DNA of 45,746 nt from a virus (taxonomy: Duplodnaviria; Caudoviricetes): positions 1 to 45,746 of IMG/VR virus record IMGVR_UViG_3300030059_000930. One strand, written 5' to 3'. A model generated the notes under the pieces. The model had not been told where the DNA came from. It saw nothing but the letters and a program-made list of their open reading frames with translations, and ran no database searches. Below are positions 36,428 to 45,746 of the stretch, piece by piece. The translations under genes and the position numbers were made by a program. Each line of letters begins with the position of its first letter. Position 1 is the first letter of the stretch.

Positions 36428-36784
36428 ATGAGAGAATATTTCGAACACATAAATTCCGTATGTCCTCACTCACTAGAGTCCTACGACCAAGATCGGTTAC
36501 TCGTGTACGACTATGACCCTACCCTATTATCTGTCTACTATGAGACACTACACAATTACGACGCAGTTTTATTCAAGTGTCATCCCTCGACCAATCGCGA
36601 TGACCTTATAGCCATAGTCCAAGATCTAAACGACGATAGACCAGAAGCTGAGTGGTTTTGGTCACATCCTGACGACGAACATTATTCTACCCCTGTCCCT
36701 AGTATTATCATGCAAAATAAAGAAACTTTACTAAAAGCCCGTAAAGAGTATAAAATAAAACTACAGGAGATAAACCATGGCTGA
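36428..36784 (+). CDS. Hypothetical protein (DUF1415-like motifs)
   Basis: VCP...SHP...P.P pattern; first gene of the head module. Confidence 0.55.
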   Translation: MREYFEHINSVCPHSLESYDQDRLLVYDYDPTLLSVYYETLHNYDAVLFKCHPSTNRDDLIAIVQDLNDDRPEAEWFWSHPDDEHYSTPVPSIIMQNKETLLKARKEYKIKLQEINHG

Positions 36785-37283
36785 AAGTTTTTTAGAAAAG
36801 TACGAATCTCAAAAAGATTCTGACGCACTACAACGTCTTAATAAAGTATTGGCTAAAGATAATCTTTTACAATCTATGGAACCTGGACTAGTAAATAAAA
36901 TGGCAAACATGGCAATGGGTCCTGGAAAATTCACAGGTCCAGCTAAAGGTCTATTAAAACTTTTTCCTAAAGGTCTAGATACAGAAGAGGCATTTCCTGC
37001 ACTCCAAAAAGTTGTTAACGCTTTAAAAGGCATGGGCAAAGGAGAACAAACAGCAGCATTCAAAGTAATAAAGCCTAAAATTATGAAAGATAAAATGAGG
37101 CTTGATGATATTTACAACAACGACATAATGAATAATCCCAACGCAAGCGGACGATTAGGTACTCTTATAGGTAAGAACCAAGAAGCATATTCCAAGTTAG
37201 ATGATTATTTAGAAAACTTAGTAAACCCCAAGAAGATGAACTATGGTGGAATAGCAAGTATGCCGTTGAAGTATGGACTCTAA
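36777..37283 (+). CDS. Hypothetical protein, possibly virion-internal
   Basis: AGGAG RBS; C-terminal KMNYGG motif shared with virion-block proteins. Confidence 0.65.
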   Translation: MAESFLEKYESQKDSDALQRLNKVLAKDNLLQSMEPGLVNKMANMAMGPGKFTGPAKGLLKLFPKGLDTEEAFPALQKVVNALKGMGKGEQTAAFKVIKPKIMKDKMRLDDIYNNDIMNNPNASGRLGTLIGKNQEAYSKLDDYLENLVNPKKMNYGGIASMPLKYGL

Positions 37284-38787
37284 TTTAAACGAACTGCCCG
37301 AGTCGGTACTAAAAGAACATCTAGAACTAGCTGAAAGGTTAGAACAAATAGAAAAAGTAGAACGCTGTCAAAGTGGATTTATGAACTTTGTTATAGACCA
37401 ATGGCCATCGTTTATTGGCGGTGCTCACCACAAAAAGATGGCAGACGCCTTTGACCGTATAGCCACAGGTAAAATAAAACGCCTCATTATCAATATGCCT
37501 CCACGTCATACTAAAAGTGAGTTCGCTAGTCATTACTTTCCTGCGTATCTAGTAGGTCGTAACCCAGCTTTAAAAATACTACAAGCAACCCACACGGCAG
37601 ATTTAGCCGTTAAGTTTGGTCGTAAGATTAGGGATTTAATGTTAACCGAAGACTATGAAAAGATATTCCCTGACGTACTAATTAACCCAGACTCAAAAGC
37701 AGCAGGTAAGTGGGAAACTCAAATGAAGAGTAACCCTAAACTAAAAGGTGAATATTATGCTGCAGGTGTTGGTGGAGCATTAGCGGGTAGGGGAGCGGAT
37801 TTATTCATAATCGACGACCCACACAGTGAACAAGACGCCATGAACCCAAAGTCCATGGAAGATACTTACGATTGGTACACCTCAGGTCCACGTCAGAGGC
37901 TACAGCCAGGAGGAGCCATAGTTATCGTTATGACGCGTTGGAATATCAACGACTTAACAGGTAAACTATTAAAAGATGCAGCACGTGATCCTAAAGCTGA
38001 TCAATGGGAAGTTATAGAATTACCAGCGATACTGCCGAGTGGTAAACCACTATGGCCAGAATACTGGAAACTTGAAGAACTAGAAGGCGTAAAAGCTAGT
38101 CTACGTGGCGGTCCTAAATGGCACGCTCAATACATGCAGAATCCAACTAGTGAAGAGGGTGCACTAATAAGGCGTGAGTGGTGGAAACAATGGGAAAAAG
38201 ATAAACCACCAACCTGTGATTATTTAATACAAAGTTACGATACTGCTTTTTTAAAAAGTTCTACTGCAGATTACTCAGCTATAACTACATGGGGAGTATT
38301 TTACCCAGAAGGCACAATAGGCGAAAATATATACGACGGCAGAACAGCCCACATTATTCTACTTGACTGTATTAAAGGTAAATATTCGTTCCCTGAATTA
38401 AAAGGCGTAGCTCTAGAACAATATCACGAATGGAACCCCGACACAGTAATTATAGAAGCTAAAGCAACAGGAATACCACTGACCCAAGAACTACGAAATA
38501 TAGGTATTCCCGTTCAAAACTTTACTCCTTCTAAAGGAAATGATAAGATTGCTCGAGTAAACGCTAGTACCCCTTTATTTGAATCAGGTATGGTTTGGGC
38601 ACCTGACACTAAATGGGCTAACGAAGTTATAGAAGAGTGTGCTGTATTTCCAGCTGGTGATCATGATGACCTAGTGGACTCAACCACTCAAGCTATGTTA
38701 AGATTTAGACAAGGTGGTTTTGTAAAACTACCTAGTGATTGGGAGGAAGACGACCTATACTACAAACGTAAAATAAGTTATTATTAA
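37273..38787 (+). CDS. terL: Terminase large subunit
   Basis: MPPRHTKS Walker A, IIDDP Walker B, IVMTRW, nuclease SYDTA, IEAKA.G, HDDLVD. Confidence 0.95.
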   Translation: MDSNLNELPESVLKEHLELAERLEQIEKVERCQSGFMNFVIDQWPSFIGGAHHKKMADAFDRIATGKIKRLIINMPPRHTKSEFASHYFPAYLVGRNPALKILQATHTADLAVKFGRKIRDLMLTEDYEKIFPDVLINPDSKAAGKWETQMKSNPKLKGEYYAAGVGGALAGRGADLFIIDDPHSEQDAMNPKSMEDTYDWYTSGPRQRLQPGGAIVIVMTRWNINDLTGKLLKDAARDPKADQWEVIELPAILPSGKPLWPEYWKLEELEGVKASLRGGPKWHAQYMQNPTSEEGALIRREWWKQWEKDKPPTCDYLIQSYDTAFLKSSTADYSAITTWGVFYPEGTIGENIYDGRTAHIILLDCIKGKYSFPELKGVALEQYHEWNPDTVIIEAKATGIPLTQELRNIGIPVQNFTPSKGNDKIARVNASTPLFESGMVWAPDTKWANEVIEECAVFPAGDHDDLVDSTTQAMLRFRQGGFVKLPSDWEEDDLYYKRKISYY

Positions 38788-38789
38788 TT

Positions 38790-41228
38790 ATGGCTATAGA
38801 AAAATTACCGTTGAATGTTGATCAAGAAGGAAACATAGATATTGAGATAATGGAGCAACTGGCTGCTGAACCTATGATGGAAGGAGCACCAACTGAAGTA
38901 ATGCTACCAGAAGAAATGGATATTCAAGGTGAAATGATGTCATCATTTGAACTTGACAATGAAGGTAACGTGTCACAATTATTTGATGACGAAGAGTCAG
39001 AAGTAGTAGATCATCAATCTAATCTTGCAGAAACTTTAGATCCCTCAGACTTATCAACATTAGCTAGTGAACTTTTAGACGCTTACGATTCAGATAAAGA
39101 TTCACGTAAAGACTGGCTAGAAACGTTTACTAACGGTTTAGATTTACTAGGAATAAAAACTTCAGAAAGAGAAGAACCATTCCCAGGAGCAACAGGCGTC
39201 CACCATCCACTATTAGCAGAAGCAGCAACCCAGTTTCAAGCACAATCATACAAAGAGTTATTACCCCCAGGAGGTCCAGTCAAAACTAGGGCTATGGGTG
39301 CAGAAACTCCAGAGATAATGGCACAGAGCCAACGTGTTAAAGAGTTCATGAATTATGAAATTACTGAGGTCATGAAAGAATATGACCCAGAAATGGACAG
39401 CTTATTATTTTATCTACCTTTAGCTGGTAGTGCATTTAAAAAAGTCTACTACGACAACTTACTAGGTAGAGCAACTAGCCGTTTAGTAAAAGCAGAAAAC
39501 TTAGTGGTAGCTTATGAAACTACTGATTTAGAGACCAGCCCACGTTTTACCCACGCTATGACCATGACTGGTAATGATTTAAAGAAATTACAGATGAATG
39601 GCACCTACCGAGAAACCGAAATAGGTGACGCAGACGCAGATTTGGACTACAACGAAGCAAAAGAGAAGATCGATGAGCTACAAGGTTTATCCCCTTCAAT
39701 GACAGATTATGATGAATATTCAGTTTTAGAGATGCATGTCAACCTGGAACTCAGTGAAGACGACGAATATGGTTTTGCTGTACCTTATGTAGTAACAATT
39801 TTAGAAGAAAAGAACGAAATACTTTCAATAAGACGTAATTGGGAAGAAGAAGACCAACTATACGGCAAAAAAGAGTATTTTGTACACTATAAGTTCCTCC
39901 CAGGACTTGGATTTTACGGTTTTGGCTTAATTCACATGATTGGAGGGCTAACTAAGTCTGCTACATCAATTTTACGTCAATTAGTAGACGCTGGCACACT
40001 AAGTAACCTACCAGCAGGGTTTAAAGCACGTGGAATGAGGATTCAAGGCGAAGATGAGCCACTTAGACCAGGAGAATTTAGAGATGTTGACGTTCCAGGA
40101 GGCGTAATACGTGATGCATTGATGCCTTTACCATATAAAGAGCCTAGTAACGTGTTAAGTCAACTTTTAGGCACAATTATTGACTCTGGAAGACGTTTTG
40201 CTTCAATTGCGGACATGAATGTAGGTGATATTGGCTCTCAACAGCTACCAGTAGGCACCACAGTAGCTATGTTAGAGCGTGGAACTAAGGTTATGAGTGC
40301 TATACACAAACGTATGCACTATGCACAGAAAAAAGAGTTTAGAATGTTAGCTAACATATTTTCTAAGAGTTTACCCCCTGTTTACCCATATGACGTCCCT
40401 GGAGCCTCTAGAGAGGTAAAATCAACCGATTTTGACGCAAAAGTAGACATTTTACCAGTTAGTGACCCAAATATCTTTAGTATGGCACAAAGGGTAATGT
40501 TAGCCCAACAAGAGCTTGAAATGGCTCGTGCAGCACCAGAATTACATGATTTACGAGAAGCATACAAACGTATGTATGAAGCCTTAGAAGTTAAAAATAT
40601 AGACGGTCTTTTACCTCCTCAAGCGGAAGTGCCAGCCCGAGATCCTATTACTGAGCAACAATCAGCACTAACAGGACAGCCTATACAGGCGTACATATTC
40701 CAAAATCATGACGCGTACATAACTTCTCATAGTTCTTTTTTACAGAACCCAATGGTTCAACAAAACAAAACTGCTCAAACTACTATTCAAGCTAATATAC
40801 AAGAACATCAAGCTATGAAGTATAAACAACAGATAGAACAAGCTATGGGTCAACCATTACCAGAGATGGGTGAAGGTGAAATGCCTCCAGAAGTTATGAA
40901 CCAGATTGCAACTCAAGCAGCACAAGCTACACAACAAGTAACTGGTCAAGCACAAGCATTAGCAGAAGCAGAACAAATAAAAGCACAACAAGCACAAGTT
41001 CAACCTCTGGTACAATTAAAACAAGCAGAAATAGAACAGAAATCACAAAACGATCAAGCAAGAGCACAAATTGATGTAGCTAAGATACAATCAACAGAAG
41101 CGATAGCTGAAATGAAAATAGCCCAACAAAGGGAAGATTCCCTAATGAAAGAAAAAGGTGAAATGCGTAAGGATTATCGTGATATACTAAAAGACGTCAG
41201 AGATTCTGACAATAATACCCAGAGGTGA
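38790..41228 (+). CDS. Portal protein
   Basis: 812 aa directly after TerL; HPLLAEA..QFQA, GSAFKKVY, FYG.GL, long Q/A-rich C-terminal barrel helix as in P22-type portals. Confidence 0.88.
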   Translation: MAIEKLPLNVDQEGNIDIEIMEQLAAEPMMEGAPTEVMLPEEMDIQGEMMSSFELDNEGNVSQLFDDEESEVVDHQSNLAETLDPSDLSTLASELLDAYDSDKDSRKDWLETFTNGLDLLGIKTSEREEPFPGATGVHHPLLAEAATQFQAQSYKELLPPGGPVKTRAMGAETPEIMAQSQRVKEFMNYEITEVMKEYDPEMDSLLFYLPLAGSAFKKVYYDNLLGRATSRLVKAENLVVAYETTDLETSPRFTHAMTMTGNDLKKLQMNGTYRETEIGDADADLDYNEAKEKIDELQGLSPSMTDYDEYSVLEMHVNLELSEDDEYGFAVPYVVTILEEKNEILSIRRNWEEEDQLYGKKEYFVHYKFLPGLGFYGFGLIHMIGGLTKSATSILRQLVDAGTLSNLPAGFKARGMRIQGEDEPLRPGEFRDVDVPGGVIRDALMPLPYKEPSNVLSQLLGTIIDSGRRFASIADMNVGDIGSQQLPVGTTVAMLERGTKVMSAIHKRMHYAQKKEFRMLANIFSKSLPPVYPYDVPGASREVKSTDFDAKVDILPVSDPNIFSMAQRVMLAQQELEMARAAPELHDLREAYKRMYEALEVKNIDGLLPPQAEVPARDPITEQQSALTGQPIQAYIFQNHDAYITSHSSFLQNPMVQQNKTAQTTIQANIQEHQAMKYKQQIEQAMGQPLPEMGEGEMPPEVMNQIATQAAQATQQVTGQAQALAEAEQIKAQQAQVQPLVQLKQAEIEQKSQNDQARAQIDVAKIQSTEAIAEMKIAQQREDSLMKEKGEMRKDYRDILKDVRDSDNNTQR

Positions 41229-41231
41229 AAA

Positions 41232-41426
41232 ATGCTGAATAAAGCTAACTTTGAAGAAATGATGGGCGGTAACGCTAATCGTAGACGCATGAAAAACGGT
41301 GGAGAAGTACCTAAAGGGTATCATAAAATGTCTGACGGTTCTATAATGAAAAATTCAAAAATGAAGAAAATGAACATGGGTGGAATTTCAATGACAGACA
41401 CCAAAAAACAATTAAGGAGACCGTAA
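41232..41426 (+). CDS. Small basic protein with M.xGG motifs
   Basis: GAGGTG RBS; VPKGYHKM.DG..MK. Confidence 0.65.
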   Translation: MLNKANFEEMMGGNANRRRMKNGGEVPKGYHKMSDGSIMKNSKMKKMNMGGISMTDTKKQLRRP

Positions 41427-41608
41427 TGAATAGAGGCATGCAAAAAATGAACCGTGGTGGCGAAAAGAAAAAGATGATGAACGGAGGCAAAGCCAAAATG
41501 ATGAACGGTGGGATGCCAGTTGTCAAATTGGAGAACGGTGGTAAAGTTAAAAGAGGAATGGCTAGAGGTTGCGGAGCAGCAACACAAGGCAAGGGGTTTA
41601 ACAAATAA
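41426..41608 (+). CDS. Small basic protein with M.xGG repeats
   Basis: AAGGAG RBS, TAATG coupling, RG.G.A..G C-terminus. Confidence 0.7.
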   Translation: MNRGMQKMNRGGEKKKMMNGGKAKMMNGGMPVVKLENGGKVKRGMARGCGAATQGKGFNK

Positions 41609-41901
41609 TGCCAGGACCAGGACTATACGCGAACATAGATGCCAAACGTAAAAGAATAGCAGCAGGCTCAGGTGAAAAAATGAGAAAACCTGGATCTAAA
41701 GGTGCACCTACTTCACAGAATTTTAAAGACGCTGCAAAAACTGTTAAGAAATCACACGGTGGAGAACTACACGGTGGTCAGAAAAAATTAGATAAAAACA
41801 AAGATGGTAGAATATCAGGAAAAGATTTTAAGATGATGCATAAAGGCGGAGAAGTAATGGCAGGTAATGCCAACCGTAGAAGATCACAAAATCATGGCTA
41901 A
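41608..41901 (+). CDS. Small basic protein with EF-hand-like DKNKDG.I...DF
   Basis: GLYANI.AKRKRI...GE.MRKPG.KGAPT motif; TAATG coupling. Confidence 0.7.
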   Translation: MPGPGLYANIDAKRKRIAAGSGEKMRKPGSKGAPTSQNFKDAAKTVKKSHGGELHGGQKKLDKNKDGRISGKDFKMMHKGGEVMAGNANRRRSQNHG

Positions 41902-42157
41902 AACAACACCAAGAAGAGGTAAGGCAAAAGTTAAAGTAACTAAGTCTGGTAAAAAGGTTAGTTATGGACAAGCAGGCAACGCCAAGGGTGGTGGACCCAG
42001 AGTTAAGCCAGGAACTTCTAAAGGTGATTCATATTGTGCGAGGAGTTTAGGTATCAAAAAAAGACTTTCTAAAAAGAAACAAAATGACCCTAACACTCCT
42101 AACAATCTATCACGTAAGCGTTGGAAATGTTCAGGTGCGAAGTCAAGGAAAAAATAA
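41894..42157 (+). CDS. Small basic phage protein (DUF6321-like)
   Basis: SYCARS.G...DPN.....SRKRWKC. Confidence 0.65.
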   Translation: MAKTTPRRGKAKVKVTKSGKKVSYGQAGNAKGGGPRVKPGTSKGDSYCARSLGIKKRLSKKKQNDPNTPNNLSRKRWKCSGAKSRKK

Positions 42158-42162
42158 TTGAA

Positions 42163-42336
42163 ATGTTAGATAAGTTACGTAAACAAATTATAGAAAGACA
42201 AGAGCAATTAAAAACTGCACTTGCTGGTGGCGGTGTTCAAAATTTTGAAGGTTACCAAAAGATAGTAGGCGAAATTACAGGTCTGTCGTTTACTCTCTCA
42301 TTATTAAAAGACCTGCACAAGGATAATGAAGAATAA
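42163..42336 (+). CDS. Hypothetical protein preceding GroES
   Basis: Helical, Y...VG.I.GL motif; TAATG coupling to GroES. Confidence 0.65.
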   Translation: MLDKLRKQIIERQEQLKTALAGGGVQNFEGYQKIVGEITGLSFTLSLLKDLHKDNEE

Positions 42337-42797
42337 TGTCGAAAAACATAAAAGCCTTTGGTTCAGGCGGAGAACCAATTCCAAATAAAGTAGAGCGATT
42401 TATAGAACCTACAGAAAAACAAGAAACAGTAAACCCCGAAAGTGTTCACGAAGATAAAGAGTTACAATCTAAACTTCCTAAACCTACAGGGTATAGAATA
42501 TTGATACTTCCTTTTAGTCCTAAACAGAAAACAAAAGGCGGTATTTATTTAGCAGACTCAGTACTAGAAAAAGAACGTATTGGTACTAATGTTGGGTTTG
42601 TGGTATCACTCGGTCCAGACGCATATCGTGATGGGAATAAATTCCCTGAAGGTCCATGGTGTCAACCTAGAGACTGGGTTATATTTGGAAGGTATGCAGG
42701 AGCTAGACTCAAAATTGAGGGTGGCGAACTGCGTTTATTAAACGATGATGAAATTTTAGCTGTTGTCTCGAATCCCGAAGACATACAATCAGCTTAA
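42336..42797 (+). CDS. groES: Phage co-chaperonin GroES (Cpn10)
   Basis: P.GYRIL..P....TKGGI.L...G.VV.LGP...F..YAG....LLNDDEILAV. Confidence 0.9.
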   Translation: MSKNIKAFGSGGEPIPNKVERFIEPTEKQETVNPESVHEDKELQSKLPKPTGYRILILPFSPKQKTKGGIYLADSVLEKERIGTNVGFVVSLGPDAYRDGNKFPEGPWCQPRDWVIFGRYAGARLKIEGGELRLLNDDEILAVVSNPEDIQSA

Positions 42798-42824
42798 TTT
42801 CATTACGCACACAAGGAGTAAAAC

Positions 42825-43727
42825 ATGGCAGAAGAAGCTATGCAATCAATAGAAGAAGATGATGAAGGTACTGAAGTAGAACTTCCCGAGAGTGAAACTG
42901 ATGAACTAGAATCTGAAGTACAAGAAGCAGTAGTTAAGAAATCAGAACAAGAAGACGAGATTGAAGACTACAGCGAAGGCGTTAAAAAACGTATCAATAA
43001 GCTAACTTATAAAGTTAGAGAATCCGAAAGAAGAGAACAAGCAGCAATAGATTATGCTCAGTCTGTTCAAGAGGAATTAAACAAAACCAAAAATAAACTT
43101 TCAAAAACTGATAAGAACCTATATGATGAATACAGTACACGAGTATCTTCTCAGCTAGACTCAGTTCAAGAGAAATACAAAAAAGCATATGAATCGGGTG
43201 ATACAGATGCTTTAATGGAATCTCAGAAAGAGTTAGCAAAGTTGGCGGTAGAGGAAGAAAGTTTAAAAAGGGTAAGACCTAATGAACCAGAACCTCAAGT
43301 CCAACAACAGGTTACTCAGGTAGAGCAACAGGTAGCTCCTAGATATAATCAACAACCTGCCGAGGCTATTAAGCCTGATCCAAAAGCAAAAGCTTGGGCA
43401 GATAAAAATGATTGGTTTGGGGATGACCTAGCTATGACAACTGCAGCATTTGCGTTCCATAGACAGCTCACAGAAGGCGAAGGTTACGATCCAACTTCCG
43501 ATGAATATTACAAGGAAGTGGATAAAAGACTTGCTGAGTCGTTTCCTCATAAACTAGGGAATACTCAAAAAGGAGTGAAAGAGAATGTAGTTGGTTCAAG
43601 CAAAGGTGTTGGAACTACTAGAACTCGATCACGTAGAACTATAAAACTCACACCGAGTCAAGTAGCGATAGCGAAAAGATTAGGTGTGCCACTAGAAGAA
43701 TATGCTAAGCATGTTAAGGAGGACTAA
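42825..43727 (+). CDS. Putative capsid scaffolding protein
   Basis: Acidic N-terminus, long coiled coil, W...N.WF, C-terminal LT..Q..IA..LG...EEY helix-loop-helix; position before the capsid genes. Confidence 0.7.
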   Translation: MAEEAMQSIEEDDEGTEVELPESETDELESEVQEAVVKKSEQEDEIEDYSEGVKKRINKLTYKVRESERREQAAIDYAQSVQEELNKTKNKLSKTDKNLYDEYSTRVSSQLDSVQEKYKKAYESGDTDALMESQKELAKLAVEEESLKRVRPNEPEPQVQQQVTQVEQQVAPRYNQQPAEAIKPDPKAKAWADKNDWFGDDLAMTTAAFAFHRQLTEGEGYDPTSDEYYKEVDKRLAESFPHKLGNTQKGVKENVVGSSKGVGTTRTRSRRTIKLTPSQVAIAKRLGVPLEEYAKHVKED

Positions 43728-43729
43728 AA

Positions 43730-44209
43730 ATGGTAGATGAAATTAAAACTACTGAATCAGATCGTAGTCCACGATCTGCTGAGAGTCGAGATAAAGTATC
43801 TCGCCGAAAACCATGGCAACCCCCGTCTTTATTAGACGCACCTACACCACCACAGGGCTATGTGTACAGATGGATACGAGAATCAATGATAGGGCGAAGT
43901 GACCCAGCGAATATGTCAAAACGTATTCGTGAAGGTTGGGAACCCGTAAGTGCAAAAGATCATCCCGATTTTGAAGCACCTACTGTTGATGAAGGTAAAC
44001 ATGCTGGCATTATAGGAGTCGGTGGCTTAATTCTCGCAAAGATGCCCATGGAGACTGTTGAAGAAAGGAGAGCATATTATCAAAATATGGCTAACCAACA
44101 GATTCAAGCAGTTGATAATGATCTTATGAGAGAAAGTAATCAAGTGATGCCTATTAGTAACCCTAATAGGTCAACTAAGGTTACATTTGGTAAAGGTGGT
44201 TCTGAATAA
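43730..44209 (+). CDS. Conserved head-module hypothetical protein
   Basis: W.PP..L..P...GY.YRWIR...GWEPV...GLILAK; AAGGAGG RBS. Confidence 0.7.
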   Translation: MVDEIKTTESDRSPRSAESRDKVSRRKPWQPPSLLDAPTPPQGYVYRWIRESMIGRSDPANMSKRIREGWEPVSAKDHPDFEAPTVDEGKHAGIIGVGGLILAKMPMETVEERRAYYQNMANQQIQAVDNDLMRESNQVMPISNPNRSTKVTFGKGGSE

Positions 44210-44256
44210 GTATTCAGAGCTTAGATAAAATTTATTTTATATAAAGGTGAATTAAA

Positions 44257-44796
44257 ATGGCAAATATAAACGCCCCAGATGGATTCACACCAGCTTATCA
44301 TATGTCAGGTGGTACAATCAGACCTCAAGAATTTGCAATAGCAAGTGCTACAGATGCCTCGATCTTTTCAGGCGACGTAGTAAATCTAGCGAGTGGTTTG
44401 GTTATACAAGGGACTGCTACAGGCACCCCACTAGGCGTATTTTACGGTGTAGAATACCAAGCAGCAGACGGTTCAGTAGTGTTTTCGAACATGTGGACAG
44501 CGGATGTTGTGACTTTAGGTTCTGCAAATGCTAGAGCATTTGTTTATGTCGATCCAGATATTGTTTATGAGGCTCAGTCTACTGGGACTCCTACTCAAGC
44601 ATCTATCGGCACAACAAATACTATTAGTACAACTGCAGGTAATACAAACAACGGTCGATCAAAAGAAGGTGTAACAGTTACAACTTCTAGTGGTATTGCA
44701 ACAGTAGTAGGTTTCCCAGAGAAACCAAATAATACTATTGGGCAACACGCTAGAGTCTATGTAACGTTCCCAGCTTCTGTCTTCGGCAATAGCTAA
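44257..44796 (+). CDS. Capsid decoration/cement protein
   Basis: MAN..AP.GF.P, IFSGD.V, GVF.G, DPD.VYE; small-residue beta-rich; directly upstream of the major capsid gene. Confidence 0.65.
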   Translation: MANINAPDGFTPAYHMSGGTIRPQEFAIASATDASIFSGDVVNLASGLVIQGTATGTPLGVFYGVEYQAADGSVVFSNMWTADVVTLGSANARAFVYVDPDIVYEAQSTGTPTQASIGTTNTISTTAGNTNNGRSKEGVTVTTSSGIATVVGFPEKPNNTIGQHARVYVTFPASVFGNS

Positions 44797-44809
44797 AAGG
44801 TGAATTACA

Positions 44810-45718
44810 ATGGCAATTAACAGAGCTCAATTAGTAAAAGAACTCGAACCAGGACTGAATGCACTTTTTGGTCTAGAGTACGATAGATACGAAAACGAAC
44901 ATACTGAAATCTTTGATACAGAGAATTCAGACAGAGCGTTTGAGGAAGAAGTAATGTTATCAGGTTTCGGACAAGCCCCCGTCAAAGGCGAAGGCTCATC
45001 TGTAACTTATGATACAGCTCAAGAAACTTTCACAGCAAGGTACAGCCACGAAACTGTAGCTTTAGCATTTGCGTTAACTGAAGAAGCAATAGAGGACAAC
45101 CTTTATGACAGTCTTTCTTCAAGATACACAAAAGCTTTAGCCAGATCAATGGCGACTACTAAGCAAGTGAAAGCAGCAAACGTGCTTAACAATGGTTTTT
45201 CAAACTCCTTCCCAGGAGGAGACGGAAAAGCACTTATGGCAGCTGATCACCCTACCTTATCAGGTGGAGATCAGTCAAATGAGCCAAGCGTGGCAGCTGA
45301 CTTGAATGAAACTTCGTTAGAAAATGCAATGATCGACATCTCAAAGTTTGTTGATGAAAGAGGCATTAAAGTAAATGTTCAAGCTAGAAAACTAATCATA
45401 CCACCTCAACTACAATTTGTAGCTGAGAGAGTTTTAAAGACTCCAGGTAGAGTTGGTACTTCTGACAATGACATCAACGCGTTGAAAAATATGGGAATGC
45501 TCCCTGAAGGATATACCGTTAATCATTACTTGACTGACACAGATGCATTCTTTATCAAAACAGATGCACCTAATGGACTTAAACACTTCGTTAGATCTCC
45601 TATGTCAACAGGCATGGAAGGTGATTTTGAGACTGGAAACGTTAGATACAAAGCTAGAGAGAGATACTCTTTCGGCTTTAGTGACTGGCGTGGAATCTAT
45701 GGTTCCCCAGGAGCGTAG
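44810..45718 (+). CDS. Major capsid protein (HK97 fold, Mu gpT-like)
   Basis: MAINRAQL.KELEPGL, ITEEAIED-like motif, DG..L....HP, LIIPP.L, RERYSFG.SDWRG; strong RBS. Confidence 0.88.
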   Translation: MAINRAQLVKELEPGLNALFGLEYDRYENEHTEIFDTENSDRAFEEEVMLSGFGQAPVKGEGSSVTYDTAQETFTARYSHETVALAFALTEEAIEDNLYDSLSSRYTKALARSMATTKQVKAANVLNNGFSNSFPGGDGKALMAADHPTLSGGDQSNEPSVAADLNETSLENAMIDISKFVDERGIKVNVQARKLIIPPQLQFVAERVLKTPGRVGTSDNDINALKNMGMLPEGYTVNHYLTDTDAFFIKTDAPNGLKHFVRSPMSTGMEGDFETGNVRYKARERYSFGFSDWRGIYGSPGA

Positions 45719-45746
45719 TTCATTCACTTGAACAAACTAAAGGGAG

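Noticed and set aside
44201-44218. Inverted repeat TCTGAATA-AG-TATTCAGA as terminator
   Set aside because: AT-rich stem with no U-tract; could be an operator or processing hairpin but the evidence is too thin

Overview
Almost certainly a large part of a dsDNA tailed-phage genome: AT-rich, podovirus-like, resembling uncultured marine phages. No host genes, integrase, RNA polymerase, tRNA or CRISPR were recognised. Order: end of a lysis module (GH24 endolysin); tail-hub and internal/ejection proteins, including a Pro-rich protein with 13 [FY]DD repeats (1-12.2 kb); a divergently placed SNF2 helicase; a replication operon (SSB-like, prim-pol, UvrD, family A polymerase) that embeds a nucleotide-modification cluster (13.9-25.9 kb); an accessory region of small ORFs behind repeated sigma70-like promoters, with TerS, a 2OG-Fe(II) oxygenase and a ~330-nt highly structured non-coding element (25.9-34.6 kb); a repeat-rich putative origin/terminus region with two duplicated minus-strand mini-cassettes (34.6-36.4 kb); and the head module (TerL, portal, GroES, scaffold, decoration, major capsid; 36.4-45.7 kb). 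The best candidate for a novel system is the 19.5-24.1 kb cluster: dUMP hydroxymethylase-type TS, aGPT-Pplase1/5-hmdU-kinase-like protein, TET-associated-type glycosyltransferase, HD nucleotidase, DUF1599-like protein and TagD-like cytidylyltransferase. It suggests a sugar or polyol-phosphate thymidine hypermodification rather than the known amino-acid type. All family assignments come from motif recognition by eye, not from database searches.
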